DNA of 63,740 bases, the filler included, from Octopus bimaculoides (taxonomy: Eukaryota): the NCBI RefSeq assembly GCF_001194135.2. It is 4 parts of 4 records of this genome, joined end to end, with 100 filler letters (N's around TTAATTAATTAA, not from the genome) between each part and the next. Parts side by side here need not be neighbours in the genome. Positions count along the whole stretch, not along the records: positions 25,296 to 50,706 come from NC_069002.1; positions 50,807 to 62,565 come from NC_068988.1; 2 more parts are not named here. One strand, 5' to 3'. The translations under genes and the position numbers were made by a program. Every line of letters begins with the position of its first letter. The first letter of the stretch is position 1. Below the pieces are notes generated by a model, which saw only the letters and a program-made list of their open reading frames with translations, searched no databases and was not told the origin of the DNA. Of this stretch, positions 38,147 through 52,764 are shown piece after piece.

Positions 38147-38486
38147 CAGAAATACACATACATACACACACACATGTATATTTCAAAAATTTAACAAAAA
38201 CACAAGTAGAGAATTCGTAACTAATTCCTCATCAGTCAACGTCCAAAAGATTCTTACAGTTTCGTGCCTTACACACACACACACACGAACGCGCACGCGA
38301 TCAGCTATATTGTTGTTACTGAATTTATGGTCAATTAATTGATGACTGCCAATCTCATGAAACACGTGTACATCATATATAATAGCGACTACATTTTCCG
38401 TGTCCTTATATATATATATATATGCATGTATGAATACACATATGTGTGTGTGTGCCTGTCTCTGTGTATATGTGTGCTTGTAGTTA

Positions 38487-38527
<41 letters not shown>

Positions 38528-39454
38528 AAAACATAACTACACACACACACGCACAAATATACACACATATACATGCATGCATATATACACAAATATATAC
38601 ATATATATACGTACATATATGCACATACATTCTTCTATAAATATACACAAGCATACATATATGAATGTATATATGCACTTGCACATAACTATATAATACA
38701 TACACACACATATACATGTGCATATTTACATATATATACATATATATATATACACATATACGCATATATTTACGTATGCGTACATACAAACATACGTGCA
38801 AGCATACAAAAATATACACACATACATTCATGCATACATAATACATACTTATACACACATATATACAAAGATACATACACACTTGTATTGCAGTGTGTAG
38901 ACATGCATGTGACCAGACAATCGCGCATGCTAATACACATGTTTGTTAATATATTGAATATTTTCCCTCATTTCATTCTAATTTCGTGATTTTTGTTGTT
39001 CTTGTTACTGCTGCTGTCGCTGCTGCTGCTGTTGCTGTTGCCGTGGTTGCTGCTGGTGTTGTTGTTGCTAAAAAAAACTCTTTATTAAACTCGATAGCTG
39101 TCACTAGACGGCGCTGTAGCATGATGTCAGGCCTGACTTACGTGTTGTTACTGCATTATAGAAGACCTATTAACGTTTTTTTAAATTCAGATTTCGTCTC
39201 GGATTTAGAAAGGTATCATTAAAAAAAAAAGCCAACCATTTATCATATTAATCGATATTTATTGACTTTGATTTAAAGTCTTCTTAATTAATAGAAATAA
39301 TAGTTACAAAATAAATACATGAATAAATAATAAAAATAAAAATAAAATTTGTGATGAGACCAAGTGACGCAGTACAGACGTCAGTTGATTCTGGGTGAAA
39401 TTCTACCGACCGACCTATCTCCCTCACTCATCCCTTACCTACCTACCATCCGGT

Positions 39455-39593
<139 letters not shown>

Positions 39594-39989
39594 CGCAGAA
39601 ACATGCACATGCGCGCACACGTACATATATAACATATATTGTCCCTGTTCCATATTACTTGCAGCTTCGTTGGCGTTGTCTAGTGGCTTCAGGCAGTCGG
39701 CGACCTGTAGGGTTTCAGCACTGTGTCATATTAGGCATCAGATACTGACTGACATACCCCGTGTGCTTCAATAGGGTTTGCGTGTCGTACGAATCTGTGT
39801 AGTACAATTGTAATCAAGACAATTACACATAGAAGAGAAAGTTAAGGAATTGTTTAGTCCGCAGCTGTGCACAAATAGGGTCATGTCGTTTACCCGATGA
39901 AAATGTACATATCTCCACTGTCTGGCTCTGTGTATGGATTATATTCTAGCAATCTTCGGCCAAGTTTAGGAAGAATTTAATAAATATGG

Positions 39990-40100
39990 TGTGGGTGTGT
40001 GGTAAGAAGCTTGCTTCCCAACCACATGGTTCAGAGTTCAATCCCACTGCGTGGCACTTCAGGCGAATGTGTTTTATTACAGACTCGGGTTGACCAGATC
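39990..40100 (+). mobile_element. SINE family B head
   Basis: GTGTGGTAAGAAGCTTGCTTCCCAACCACATGGTTCAGAGTTCAATCCCACTGCGTGGCAC. Confidence 0.85.
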
Positions 40101-40104
40101 ATTA

Positions 40105-40345
40105 TTCTCGAACACAGAGACCTCCAATAGGGTTGTACACATTACAACGAGGCACTAGCAAGCGTGGTTTTATCATGAGCTAGCGTATTTGGAGAAACCT
40201 TATCATCCCGTTCGCAAAATCGACGAGAATTAGGAAAAGAACGGTAATCTGGTTCAACCCTCCCATAAACACTACATGTGTATATGAGAGTAGCTGGAAA
40301 ATGTCCTGCCTCTAATTAGTTGTTTCCAGGTCATACCTCATACTT
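40105..40345 (+). pseudogene. Penelope-like RT-to-endonuclease linker fragment
   Basis: HYNEALAS... and RKRTVIWFNPP, the WFNPP motif of Poseidon-type PLEs. Confidence 0.65.
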
Positions 40346-40950
40346 CTGCAAGAAAGAAAGAAGTATATTTTTCAAACCAAGAAACTAGAAGTGCAAAAAC
40401 ATTAGCCACTACTAATAGTAATAGTAGTAGTAGTAGTAGTAACAACAATAATGATTTCTATCTTAGAAACAAGACTACTAAATTTTCACTGATTGACTTC
40501 ATTAATTTTATCAACGGAAATAACGATTGGTAGCGACACCTCCTCCCTCGAAATTTAAAGGGAGCAGGCAATTTCTCTTTACACTCGCCTAAAAGAAAAA
40601 AAGGAAAGAAGCAATCCCTTTTGCAGGGAGTGCAGTTCTTTATTTCTACGTACAACCTAAATATAAATGTCATAATGCACTAAATACCACTGAAAAATTT
40701 TCAATATTCGTTTGCAGACGACATCTTAAACAAAACAAAAAACAAAAACTAACGGAAAAATTAAAAACAAAAACACCCAAACAAACAATAATCTAACTAT
40801 GGTAATTTAAAAAGGAACTCATTTTGCAGACGACATTTCAAAAGGCAATATCGTTTTAATTAAAAAGGAAGAAAACGAAAAAGAATGATAGACAAAAACA
40901 AGAGCAACAACAACTAGTACAGCACGAACAACGACAGCAACAACAACAAT

Positions 40951-40983
<33 letters not shown>

Positions 40984-41729
40984 AACAATGAAAACATCAA
41001 AGAAAATTTTGTAAAACAATATAAATATCTATAATATTCTGTGTTTTACCGTAAACAGTTGCCGTCAGGCATTGTAGACAGATAAATACGACGGGAGCGA
41101 GAGACATGTTCTATTCGTTTTCTACTCCAAGTTTCGCCCGAAAAGTTAGAAAACTTTGAGCAAAAATAAATAGTTTCTATTTTGCGTTTTATGTAAATTT
41201 TGTTGAATATTTGTATATTTTTGTTTTTGGTTTTCTATATATATTTTTTTCTTTCTCCTGTTTCTTCAAGTTCCTAATTTTTCGTCATCTCTCGTGACAT
41301 GGAAGACAGTGAGAAAAATTGAGGAAACCTTCAAAACAGAAATACGTCACGATGAGAACCAAAAAGAAAAAAAGAAGAACCCCCCCNNNNNNNNNNNNNN
41401 NNNNNNNNNNNNNNNNNNNNNNNNNNNNNNNNNNNNNNNNNNNNNNNNNNNNNNNNNNNNNNNNNNNNNNNNNNNNNNNNNNNNNNNNNNNNNNNNNNNN
41501 NNNNNNNNNNNNNNNNNNNNNNNNNNNNNNNNNNNNNNNNNNNNNNNNNNNNNNNNNNNNNNNNNNNNNNNNNNNNNNNNNNNNNNNNNNNNNNNNNNNN
41601 NNNNNNATATATATATATATATATATATTTAGTTATTTATGACGCTCATTGAGCCTCAGCTGATAATTACTACTTAGTTCTCACGTTGTCATCGTGTTAT
41701 TCGTAACGTTAATTTTGAATATACATGTG

Positions 41730-41767
<38 letters not shown>

Positions 41768-43394
41768 CACACACACGTATATACATACGCACACGCTTAC
41801 ACATTCTTGTTACTAATTATACAGTAATACTCAATAGTGGCAATTTACGTCTCTATCAACATGTGTTTGTATCTACACGTAATTTAAAACCCATAAAATT
41901 TGTGTTCTGCGTTCGATACTAATTTAGCCATGAAAACTTTAAGTATGCACAAAGTATGAGCGCGCGAGCGTGTGTGCGTATATGTGTGTTAATATGTGTT
42001 TCTTTCTTGGCTATATATGTGTCTATTTGTCATGCATACATACATACATACANNNNNNNNNNNNNNNNNNNNNNNNNNNNNNNNNNNNNNNNNNNNNNNN
42101 NNNNNNNNNNNNNNNNNNNNNNNNNNNNNNNNNNNNNNNNNNNNNNNNNNNNNNNNNNNNNNNNNNNNNNNNNNNNNNNNNNNNNNNNNNNNNNNNNNNN
42201 NNNNNNNNNNNNNNNNNNNNNNNNNNNNNNNNNNNNNNNNNNNNNNNNNNNNNNNNNNNNNNNNNNNNNNNNNNNNNNNNNNNNNNNNNNNNNNNNNNNN
42301 NNNNNNNNNNNNNNNNNNNNNNNNNNNNNNNNNNNNNNNNNNNNNNNNNNNNNNNNNNNNNNNNNNNNNNNNNNNNNNNNNNNNNNNNNNNNNNNNNNNN
42401 NNNNNNNNNNNNNNNNNNNNNNNNNNNNNNNNNNNNNNNNNNNNNNNNNNNNNNNNNNNNNNNNNNNNNNNNNNNNNNNNNNNNNNNNNNNNNNNNNNNN
42501 NNNNNNNNNNNNNNNNNNNNNNNNNNNNNNNNNNNNNNNNNNNNNNNNNNNNNNNNNNNNNNNNNNNNNNNNNNNNNNNNNNNNNNNNNNNNNNNNNNNN
42601 NNNNNNNNNNNNNNNNNNNNNNNNNNNNNNNNNNNNNNGTATATATATATGCGTGTGTATGTGTCTATTTATTTATTTAGCAACATTAACATCAACGACA
42701 AGGACCAGAACGCCAATAAACCTATAAACGAGACTCTAAAATAGGTTCGTTATGGATATAATTCTATACACGCGTTGAATCATACACATACATATACATA
42801 CATATGCACACACATACCACCTACACTCCTGCCAAATACAGTGACTTTCTAGTGGTCGGTCGCTCTACTTGAAATAACAGACAATTCCCACTGAAAGAAA
42901 TATTCAGCTCTATTAAAAGGAAGGACCACATTGGGGAATATAACCCAAGGTTTGAAAATATTTTGGAGGATGGTCACGGTAGGAATGGTTGTCTTCCTTC
43001 ATTTATTTAATCAGCACCGAATATTCACGAATATTAGTTAGATAACTGCAACAAATATAATCAAGTAAGGACCATTATATGTCTTATTGAATTTGCTAGA
43101 AATAACAGTCAAATCTTCCCTTTCTCGAAAGACGATAACATTACCTCATTTAGTTTGGAATTCTTTGTGAATACTAACGTAAGGTGGCCTCTGTCGAAAT
43201 TCTTCTGATTAGAAGTTTGCTTAGTGTGGTGCACCTTGGGTTTAAACGAAACCAACAAAACCTAGGGTCTTGCATATTTATACAGAACTCTACTACAATA
43301 CAGTACTAAACCTATAAACATACAAGCATACACACACTTGCACACTAACACATACACACACTTGCACACTAACACATACACACACTAACATATA

Positions 43395-43665
43395 TATATA
43401 TAAACAGCTCATCGATGAAAGATTATAGTTTACTACTACCTAGCCTGATTAAAAAATAATAACGGAAAAAAATTCCTCTTTAATACAATGACATTTATAT
43501 ATCCAGAAGAGATCGTACTAATAATGCATAAATCGATGCATATAAATATGCAACAATATGGAATTAGTACGATCGAAACACGTGTCGGACAATTAATATG
43601 AGTAAATTAACTGGAAATAAACATAAAGTTTGAATTCTTTCTTCTCCTTATTATCAATACTGTAC
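43395..43665 (+). mobile_element. Penelope-like terminal repeat with hammerhead fold
   Basis: C-CAGAAGA-GATCGTACTAAT...ATTAGTACGATC-GAA-ACACGTGT-C-GG at 43503-43588; lies between (CA/TA)n and (TG)n. Confidence 0.6.
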
Positions 43666-43674
43666 TAAATGCGT

Positions 43675-43712
<38 letters not shown>

Positions 43713-44204
43713 TAATTAATTGCGGGGATACCGTATTTCATTATTTAGTAGCGTATTATGGTTACATAACGAAAAGCGGTGTCCCTACGAGTGATTAATA
43801 TGTACGTACCAGCTGCCAGAAATGTGTTCAATTTGTAAAATTGATCTATCCAATAATGTTACACCGCTATATTTCGTGGGTATTTAAGCAATGTGCTCGT
43901 GGATGGTTAAATGTTTCGATGTGATACTGATGAATTAGCAAGAACTCCTGAAGTTGGTATATACACCAATCACCTATTATTTCCAACTTCGATTGCATTG
44001 TTTACATTGGACGTATTCGGATACGAAACGTTGTAATAAATCACTGCTAGCTATAACGTCAATAGCAAATCTGTAGAGATGACCCTGAAAAGTGATATAT
44101 ACATACATACATACATACATATATATANNNNNNNNNNNNNNNNNNNNNNNNNNNNNNNNNNNNNNNNNNNNNNNNNNNNNNNNNNNNNNNNNNNNNNNNN
44201 NNNN

Positions 44205-44236
<32 letters not shown>

Positions 44237-44311
44237 GCATATATGTACATATATGTACCCACACACACATATATACATACATATATATGTGTGTATGTAT
44301 ATATGTATACA

Positions 44312-44369
<58 letters not shown>

Positions 44370-44439
44370 CAAACATACATACATATATATATATAAAACA
44401 TACACACATACACTCATGCACTCTGTGTGTGTGTGTGTG

Positions 44440-44670
44440 TGAGTGAGAATGTGTCTTTGCCTCTGTGTTTGTTCACTACCACCGCTTGATAACCGGTGTT
44501 GGTGTGTTTACGTCGTTGTAATGTAGAGGTTCGGCAAAAAGAGACCGCTGAAATAAGTATCAGTCTTTAAAAAGTATAAGTATCGGAGTTGATGCTCAAC
44601 CAAAAGTTCTACAAGACTGTGTCCCAGCATGGCCGCAGTCTAATGACTGAAACAAGTGTCAGATAAAAGT
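44440..44670 (+). mobile_element. SINE family B 3' half
   Basis: CCGCTTGATAACCGGTGTTGG ... CCCAGCATGGCCGCAGTCTAATGACTGAAACAAG. Confidence 0.85.
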
Positions 44671-46025
44671 TTACAAATATATACACTGCACACAAACCAG
44701 AGTCTACAAATATTTAAACACCATGCACAGCACAGAATCTAGATATATATATGCACACTGTTCACATAGCGTAAAATCTACGATTATTTATACACTGTAG
44801 AAGTGCTACGCACAGGCAGCCACTCATAAGCACACACATATAAATACTAACACATATACACTAAATACATACACACACGCACCCACACACACATACGACA
44901 GTGACACACACAGAGGCCCATAAACGCATAGGTATACACACAATCACGACCAGTCAACGCACATCCACACGCTTCTCCTGCAGACGATAAAATAAAATAT
45001 GACAAGATGAGAATTACAAGGCATGGTTGTGTCGCCGCCTTGTTGTAACTAATTAGATTTATTTCACTGCAGGCTTCCATAATATACTTTCAGCTTCTGG
45101 CTACTTACACACAACAAAAACAACGACACATCACACATCACACACACACGCATGCCCGCGCTCACACACACGCGCGCACACACACCACTCACATGGAGGC
45201 ATAAACCCACGTTCACACGCATCTTAACTTTTCTATCGAAAACTTCACACATTCCAGTAAAGTTTTATTTTTATACTAAAAACTAATGACTTGTAGTCGT
45301 CTTTGCATCACAATCACACATCGACACATGCAGACACCCACAGAAAGTGGTATGAATATATATATANNNNNNNNNNNNNNNNNNNNNNNNNNNNNNNNNN
45401 NNNNNNNNNNNNNNNNNNNNNNNNNNNNNNNNNNNNNNNNNNNNNNNNNNNNNNNNNNNNNNNNNNNNNNNNNNNNNNNNNNNNNNNNNNNNNNNNNNNN
45501 NNNNNNNNNNNNNNNNNNNNNNNNNNNNNNNNNNNNNNNNNNNNNNNNNNNNNNNNNNNNNNNNNNNNNNNNNNNNNNNNNNNNNNNNNNNNNNNNNNNN
45601 NNNNNNNNNNNNNNNNNNNNNNNNNNNNNNNNNNNNNNNNNNNNNNNNNNNNNNNNNNNNNNNNNNNNNNNNNNNNNNNNNNNNNNNNNNNNNNNNNNNN
45701 NNNNNNNNNNNNNNNNNNNNNNNNNNNNNNNNNNNNNNNNNNNNNNNNNNNNNNNNNNNNNNNNNNNNNNNNNNNNNNNNNNNNNNNNNNNNNNNNNNNN
45801 NNNNNNNNNNNNNNNNNNNNNNNNNNNNNNNNNNNNNNNNNNNNNNNNNNNNNNNNNNNNNNNNNNNNNNNNNNNNNNNNNNNNNNNNNNNNNNNNNNNN
45901 NNNNNNNNNNNNNNNNNNNNNNNNNNNNNNNNNNNNNNNNNNNNNNNNNNNNNNNNNNNNNNNNNNNNNNNNNNNNNNNNNNNNNNNNNNNNNNNNNNNN
46001 NNNNNNNNNNNNNNNNNNNNNNNNN

Positions 46026-46098
<73 letters not shown>

Positions 46099-46439
46099 AT
46101 ATATATAATGTATATGTGTGAGTGAGGGTGCGTGTGTATGTATGTCTGTCTTTCGAAGTAGTATCAGTAGAAAGAAAGCATTGAATATGGAATACTCTGT
46201 ACGTTTAGTAGATATCATTATTTAATCTATTGATGAACTTGATAAATTTTCTATTTCTTAAAACTTTATGCCTGTGACGCATTTTGTCTTCCACAAAACA
46301 GCTATGCCCGGACTCGTGCCTCGGAACACTTTCTAGGGGTAATCCTAGAAAGATTTTCTTACAATTCCTACTATTAAAATATGCCTTTGTATTTTTGAAA
46401 TCTTTCTTGTTATAGTGATCTCTATCATAATTTACCAGT

Positions 46440-46880
46440 TTCTTTACTCCTGCAGCTTTATGTATATTCTTTTTCTCCCTATTAGGACTTCGCGTAAAGA
46501 TAAATTTAGAGCATTTTTCTTGTTTTTTTGTTTAAATAATTTTTCCTCAGCTGAATGTTTAGAAATTCTAAAGGAGAAACGCCTAATTGTAGAATTTATA
46601 ATTGTTTTCGGGTGATTAGATTCAGACCATACGTATCTGAGGTTCACATTTAGCCTGTAGTACGGGTGATACAGCCCTTTACTAACATACAGAGCAACAT
46701 CTAGAAAATTTACCTTACTGTACTCATTCTCCAAGGAGACAGATATGGCCGTTAAAAAAGTCGAAGAATCTTCTCTATACCATTCTAACTTAACCTTGCT
46801 ACACTTATAAGCAGTAAATGAAGCGTAATCTTTATATAATGCCTCATTAACCAAGAAAATTCCCTATTTAAGCAATAATT
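46440..46880 (-). pseudogene. Penelope-like RT thumb/C-terminal fragment
   Basis: KVNFLDVAL...YHPYYRLNVNLRYVWSESNHP..II....RIS..S.EE.F, matching the PLE pattern FLDVTL..Y.PY.KPN...Y....SNHP. Confidence 0.85.
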
Positions 46881-47396
46881 TTTCCTGAAGGAGGGAGATT
46901 GACACTGCTGCGCTCTTTTGAGTTTCTTGTTCCTCAGGGATCTTGAACAACGGGAGACCCCTCAAATGTTATGGCAAGGCATTAAATATCTGTGGCTCCT
47001 TGAATTTCAAGATATTGCAGTACATGGTCCTTACTCTAGACGGACTAAGCCTACAAAGCCACTTACATACGTGGGATTATTAAAACTAGACTTCATTAAA
47101 AAGGATAACAATTAGAAACCAGTATTATGACAACACTAATTTCGTCTGTCCAGTTAAAACGTTTAATTTGTTATTATATGGTATTTGTCTGCTGTGCACC
47201 GTTGGCATTATTTGTGATATCTGTTTAGGTAATTTGATATCGAAATTGTTATGACATTATTCTTTCAAGTATTGTTATATATCTCTATAAGGTGATGGTA
47301 TTGCTCAGCCTTTTGCTTGTCCTTGAAGGTGGATGAAACCTTTATACACAACCACACGCACACACACATCACATACGTGTGTACATATAATATACA

Positions 47397-47458
<62 letters not shown>

Positions 47459-47680
47459 GGGTATATATATGTACACACATATATATTTGAACGTACATGT
47501 ATGTATATGTTCGGTTGTGTTCGTGTGTTTGTGTGTGTGTATGTATAAATGTATGAATATATATGTATATATATATATTTATATGTATATGTATATATAT
47601 ATATAATGCACGTATACATATATGTATATATATTACATATACATACACATACATATGTGTGTGTATTTGTATATGTATGT

Positions 47681-47718
<38 letters not shown>

Positions 47719-48144
47719 ATGTATTCGCACACACGCTTATGTGCACAGAAATTGATAAAATGTTCACTCGCTAGGTCAACGGTATTTAGTTCGTATCATA
47801 TTTATAGATGTTGTTCCCTCTCTTTTCTGTCTGTTTGTCTGTCTCTCTCTGTCTGACTCCCTCCCCACGCTCTCTCTCTCTCTCTCTCTCTCTCTCATCC
47901 TCTTTCTCTATCTTACATTTCTTTCAGGCACATCACCCCCACTACCGCTCTCCGCTATATTGTACTCCTCTCTCTGTTACCTCACTCTTTTCATCGTTCC
48001 ACCCGTTTCTTCCCCTGCCCCCATTTTGTTTTCGTCATACCCCCTTCCTCTATCCGCCATCCTATATTGTACTTTCGCCTCGTATTCACTCGTTTTTCCA
48101 ACACTCTATTTCTATCTCCTTCCCTCTGTTTTTCCATCCCTAAC

Positions 48145-48232
<88 letters not shown>

Positions 48233-48746
48233 CTTATCTATTGCCTTGTCTGTATGTCACCCATTAAACTCCACCAAGGTGACATAATAATACAATATAA
48301 TTACTCTAATAATAGACTTAAAGAACTCAACTTACTTTAATCATTTTAAACTAATTCTACCAACCCATCCACATATTGGAGTCCAATCGATCATAGACAA
48401 TCGATTATTTTTCGATCAGTCTATGAGTGGTAAATCACACATTATTGTTGTTGTATTGCTTCATATCTAATCTGACCTGAACTGAACTGTTTACTCTCAG
48501 ATCAGCTCTGGTTCAATAGACCCATGATCAAACTGACTCCATCCGTGACTGTCCCCTCTTTTATTCAGTCATAATGTATCTAGGATTACTGTATCAAATG
48601 TTGTTCTCGATATTTGATAAATGAAAAAAATAAAAGCGATGATATGGTCGTATCTAGAGCGGCTTTAATCATAGATTTTTCTCAGTCAGGAACTTGTCTA
48701 AGAGCTAAACGTCAGCGCGGTTTAACACTGCATTATCATGTCTGTA

Positions 48747-49138
48747 GTGGAGGCGCAATGGCCCAGTGGTTAGGGCAGCCGACTCGCGGTCATAGGACCG
48801 CGGTTTCGATTCCCAGACCAGGCGTTGTGAGTGTTTATTGAGCGAAAACACCTAAAGCCCCACGAGGCTCCGACAGGGGATGGTAGCAAACCCTGCTGTA
48901 CTCTTTCACCACAACTTTCTCTCACTCTTACTTCCTGTTTCTGTTGTGCCTGTAATTCAAAGGGTCAGCCTTGTCACACTGTGTCACGCTGAATATCCCC
49001 GAGAACTACGTTAAGGGTATACGTGTCTGTGGAGTGCTCAGCCACTTGCACGTTAATTTCACGAGCAGGCTGTTCCGTTGATCGGATCAACTGGAACGCT
49101 CGACGTCGCAACCGACGGAGTGCCAACAACAACAACAA
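48747..49138 (+). mobile_element. SINE family C, full length
   Basis: High identity to 27723-28113; imperfect TSD ATCATGTCTGTA / ATGATGCCTGTA. Confidence 0.95.
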
Positions 49139-49993
49139 ATGATGCCTGTAATTGAGTCCATCTTGATTCAAGCATTCGATTATACTTCCGGTCTGAGGAT
49201 TCTTTCTCCCCAACGAATACTAACCTCGAAGACCGTAAATAGTTAGCGGGCCTTACTTGCGGTGGATTAAGTGGGTTTCGATCAACAATTTCATCACCTT
49301 TCTCACGTCTGCTGACCTCATCCGTCGGTCAGCCCGAACGTTTCAGCAGGCAAATTAGAATCGATAAACCGTCCCTCTCGTAGACTGTAAGAATTGTGCC
49401 TATCTTCGAAACAATTTTTACATGCAGTTGTGTTTGGAATCGACGGGCTTCTGCACAGTTGTCATCCATGCGCTTTCACTCATAATTAGAAAGAAGACGA
49501 CGAAAGAATATTTGTTACAGAATTACAAACGCTCCTTTTTCACCAATACCTTTAGAAAGAGAACGAGCAAATGAACACCAAACTTGCTCATTGGTAAAAT
49601 GCAAGTAACGACGCTATAATTCACCATCCATCTTATAGTTAAACTTATATAGTGTATACTATGCGAAAAATACCATGTTTATGAATCGCTATTTTATATG
49701 ACGTTTGGCAAATCGGATAAATATGCATCTGCTGACACAGACAGAACAAATACTGCAGACAAGAGCAGACCTGACGACGTTCAAATATATATCAGGTGGT
49801 TTGACGTGTGGAAGGTTAAATGACAAACATATGTTGACTTCTGGGAATATTTCATTTCACATTTTATACTTTCATACTGTTGTGTTGGTTGTTTTTTTAA
49901 AAATATATCCCATAAGTCACTGCTTCATTTATAACGGGGAACACACACACACACACACAAACACGCAAACACACACACATATAGTTATATATA

Positions 49994-50062
<69 letters not shown>

Positions 50063-50639
50063 ATATATATATCATATCTGCTGAACAGACCTGGCACTTG
50101 TCCAAGTAGCTTTGAGTTGACCAATCAATCAGTTGATTGGTGCAGGAGGGGGAAAAGATGAAGGAGGAGAAAAGAAGAAGGAGACAAAGAAAAGATGGAG
50201 GCGATGATAACGATAAAGAAAGTCAAGCGGAAGAGAACAGGAGAAGATGAAAGAGGTGTAGAAGGAGGAGAGTGACGAGGAAAGGAGAGGATGAAGACAG
50301 AAGATAAGAAGCGGTAGAAGAAGCAGAAGAGGAAAAGCGGGAGGAGAAAGGTAGAAGGGGAGGAGGTTTGATAAAGGAATGAAAATGAAAAGAGCAGAGA
50401 GAAGAAAAGATTGAAATAAGCAGAAGAAGAAGAAGGAAGAAGATGAATGAAGAAGAAATATAAGGAATGAGTAGAAGAACGGGAAGGAGGAGGGAAGGAC
50501 AAAGGAAGGAGAGGAGGAGGAGGAGGAGGAGGGGGAGGGGGAGTAAGGTACAGAGAAAGAAAAGGCAGTTTTGGAAAATAGCTTATATGCCTTTAAGCCT
50601 CTTGCTATATTGTTGCCTAAACATGAAAGCACACACACG

Positions 50640-50706
<67 letters not shown>

Positions 50707-50806
50707 NNNNNNNNNNNNNNNNNNNNNNNNNNNNNNNNNNNNNNNNNNNNTTAATTAATTAANNNNNNNNNNNNNNNNNNNNNNNNNNNNNNNNNNNNNN
50801 NNNNNN
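50707..50806. other. artificial scaffold spacer N44-TTAATTAATTAA-N44
   Basis: Same 100-bp construct as 25196-25295. Confidence 0.95.
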
Positions 50807-50842
<36 letters not shown>

Positions 50843-51428
50843 TGCATATATACCTACGTATATGTACATACTTACATCTATACGTATATATATATATATG
50901 CATATGTGGGCACAGGACGTCACGAAACGTGTACAACAAAAAATACGAAGTATGAGTACATGGAATATGAAGAATTTTTTCGAACAACGAAAGACACAAT
51001 AATTCTGATGCGCACTCCACTTTTCTTTTACTCTTTCGTTTTCCTCTCTTTCTCTCTCTTATCGTTCTACCTCCTCTTCTCCCATTATTCTGTCCTATTA
51101 CTCTTTCGTTTTTCTCTCTTCCTTTCTCCCCTTATACCGTCCTGTTTTTTCTCACTTATTCTATCTCCAATTTTTTCCTATCCCCTTCACAGTTCTCTGT
51201 CTGTCACTCTCTTTCCCTCATTCTTTCTCCCTTGGTCACGTGGCTTCCACGTGACCATCGGCCATCTTTCTTCTCCTAACTTGTGTTTCTTTTTTCTCTT
51301 TGTTGTAGCTGGATCAAGGAAAACCTGTTCTTGTTTGTCTCCTGTCCCAGCTTGATTTATGCGTTCGCCACCACAACCCCATTTAAGCTTAGCAGCCCAT
51401 ATATATATATATATATACACATATATAT

Positions 51429-51525
<97 letters not shown>

Positions 51526-52344
51526 TACATATGCATACATATATAAAAGACGGTACCCACACAAGTAATCTCCAGGAGCGCCTTCGGATTTAATTACCCC
51601 TTAGTTGCTTAAACACTTCTAGCCTCATCGCTTGAATGTTTAAATAATCCTAACTTATGCCTATGCATATATATATATTATAGTTTAATTTTTCTTAAAG
51701 AAACACTTAATAAACCTTCCTACACCTCGCCCACCCATTATCTACCAGCTTTCAAAAAGCTAAAATCTCCCAATCTTTCACTTTTGTCTGATGTTTACCG
51801 CATGCGTAGAATTCAACTGAAATAGCAGACTTCAAAAATACCAGACCACCACCAGAAAACCCGACATGCTAGAAACAACAGATAAACGATACTATTTCTG
51901 AAGAAACTAACCTGGTTTCCAAACAGGTAAAAGTGAAACTTTGGGAGTATGTAGCTTTTTGAAAGTGGTGAGGGGATGAGTAAAATTTTTTCAAGATTCG
52001 TACTCTCTGCTTTTTCTCCATGGATTACCTAGAATAAAAATTTGAAAAAAAAGTAAAAATGGATTTGGTGTGGAGAGGGATAAAATTAAGATATTGAGAA
52101 GTGTTCTGCGGGTGAAATTCTAATCTCNNNNNNNNNNAAGGACAAGATTTTTGGGAAAACTTCATTTTAAGTTTATATCGGTGATCGGTTTTTTAAATAC
52201 TCTCATAAACACAAATTACACAATAGAAAACGATCATTTCAATTGGATTGGCGCTGTAAATTTGCGCGTGTACACTGTAAGATTTAACATAATTCGCACA
52301 GAAGTTTTACCTATGGCGTGTGTATGTGTGTGTGTGTGTGTGTA

Positions 52345-52418
<74 letters not shown>

Positions 52419-52471
52419 CGTGTATATATGTATATAAACGTATATATATGTTTGTGTGTATATATGTATGC

Positions 52472-52503
<32 letters not shown>

Positions 52504-52764
52504 CCAACAGGTATGCACGAACGTTTTTTCTTTCATCAATTCACCTCCTCTTAATTCTTTTTTACTCTTTCTAATCCTCCTTTCACACTCTCTCTGCCAC
52601 ATTCCCGTATTTACTTACCTCTACTCTCTGCACCACCATTTCCCTTCTCCTTTCTGCACGACATCTCCTATAACTTCTGCTTTACATTATTCTGCGTTCA
52701 TTATCAGTTGCAGCCAGTTTTTCAAGCTGAGAGGATGTAAACTTTTTCTCTTTTTCTCTACCCA

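Noticed and set aside
43925-44032. CTGATGA ... GAAACGTT pair
   Set aside because: No stem II closing pair or stem I complementarity.
44960-45110. Acceptor-like CTGCAG sites on both strands
   Set aside because: Only very short ORFs follow and there is no matching donor or homology.
51810-51927. Candidate exon ending CAG|GTAAAA
   Set aside because: All frames are closed by stops; no recognisable product.
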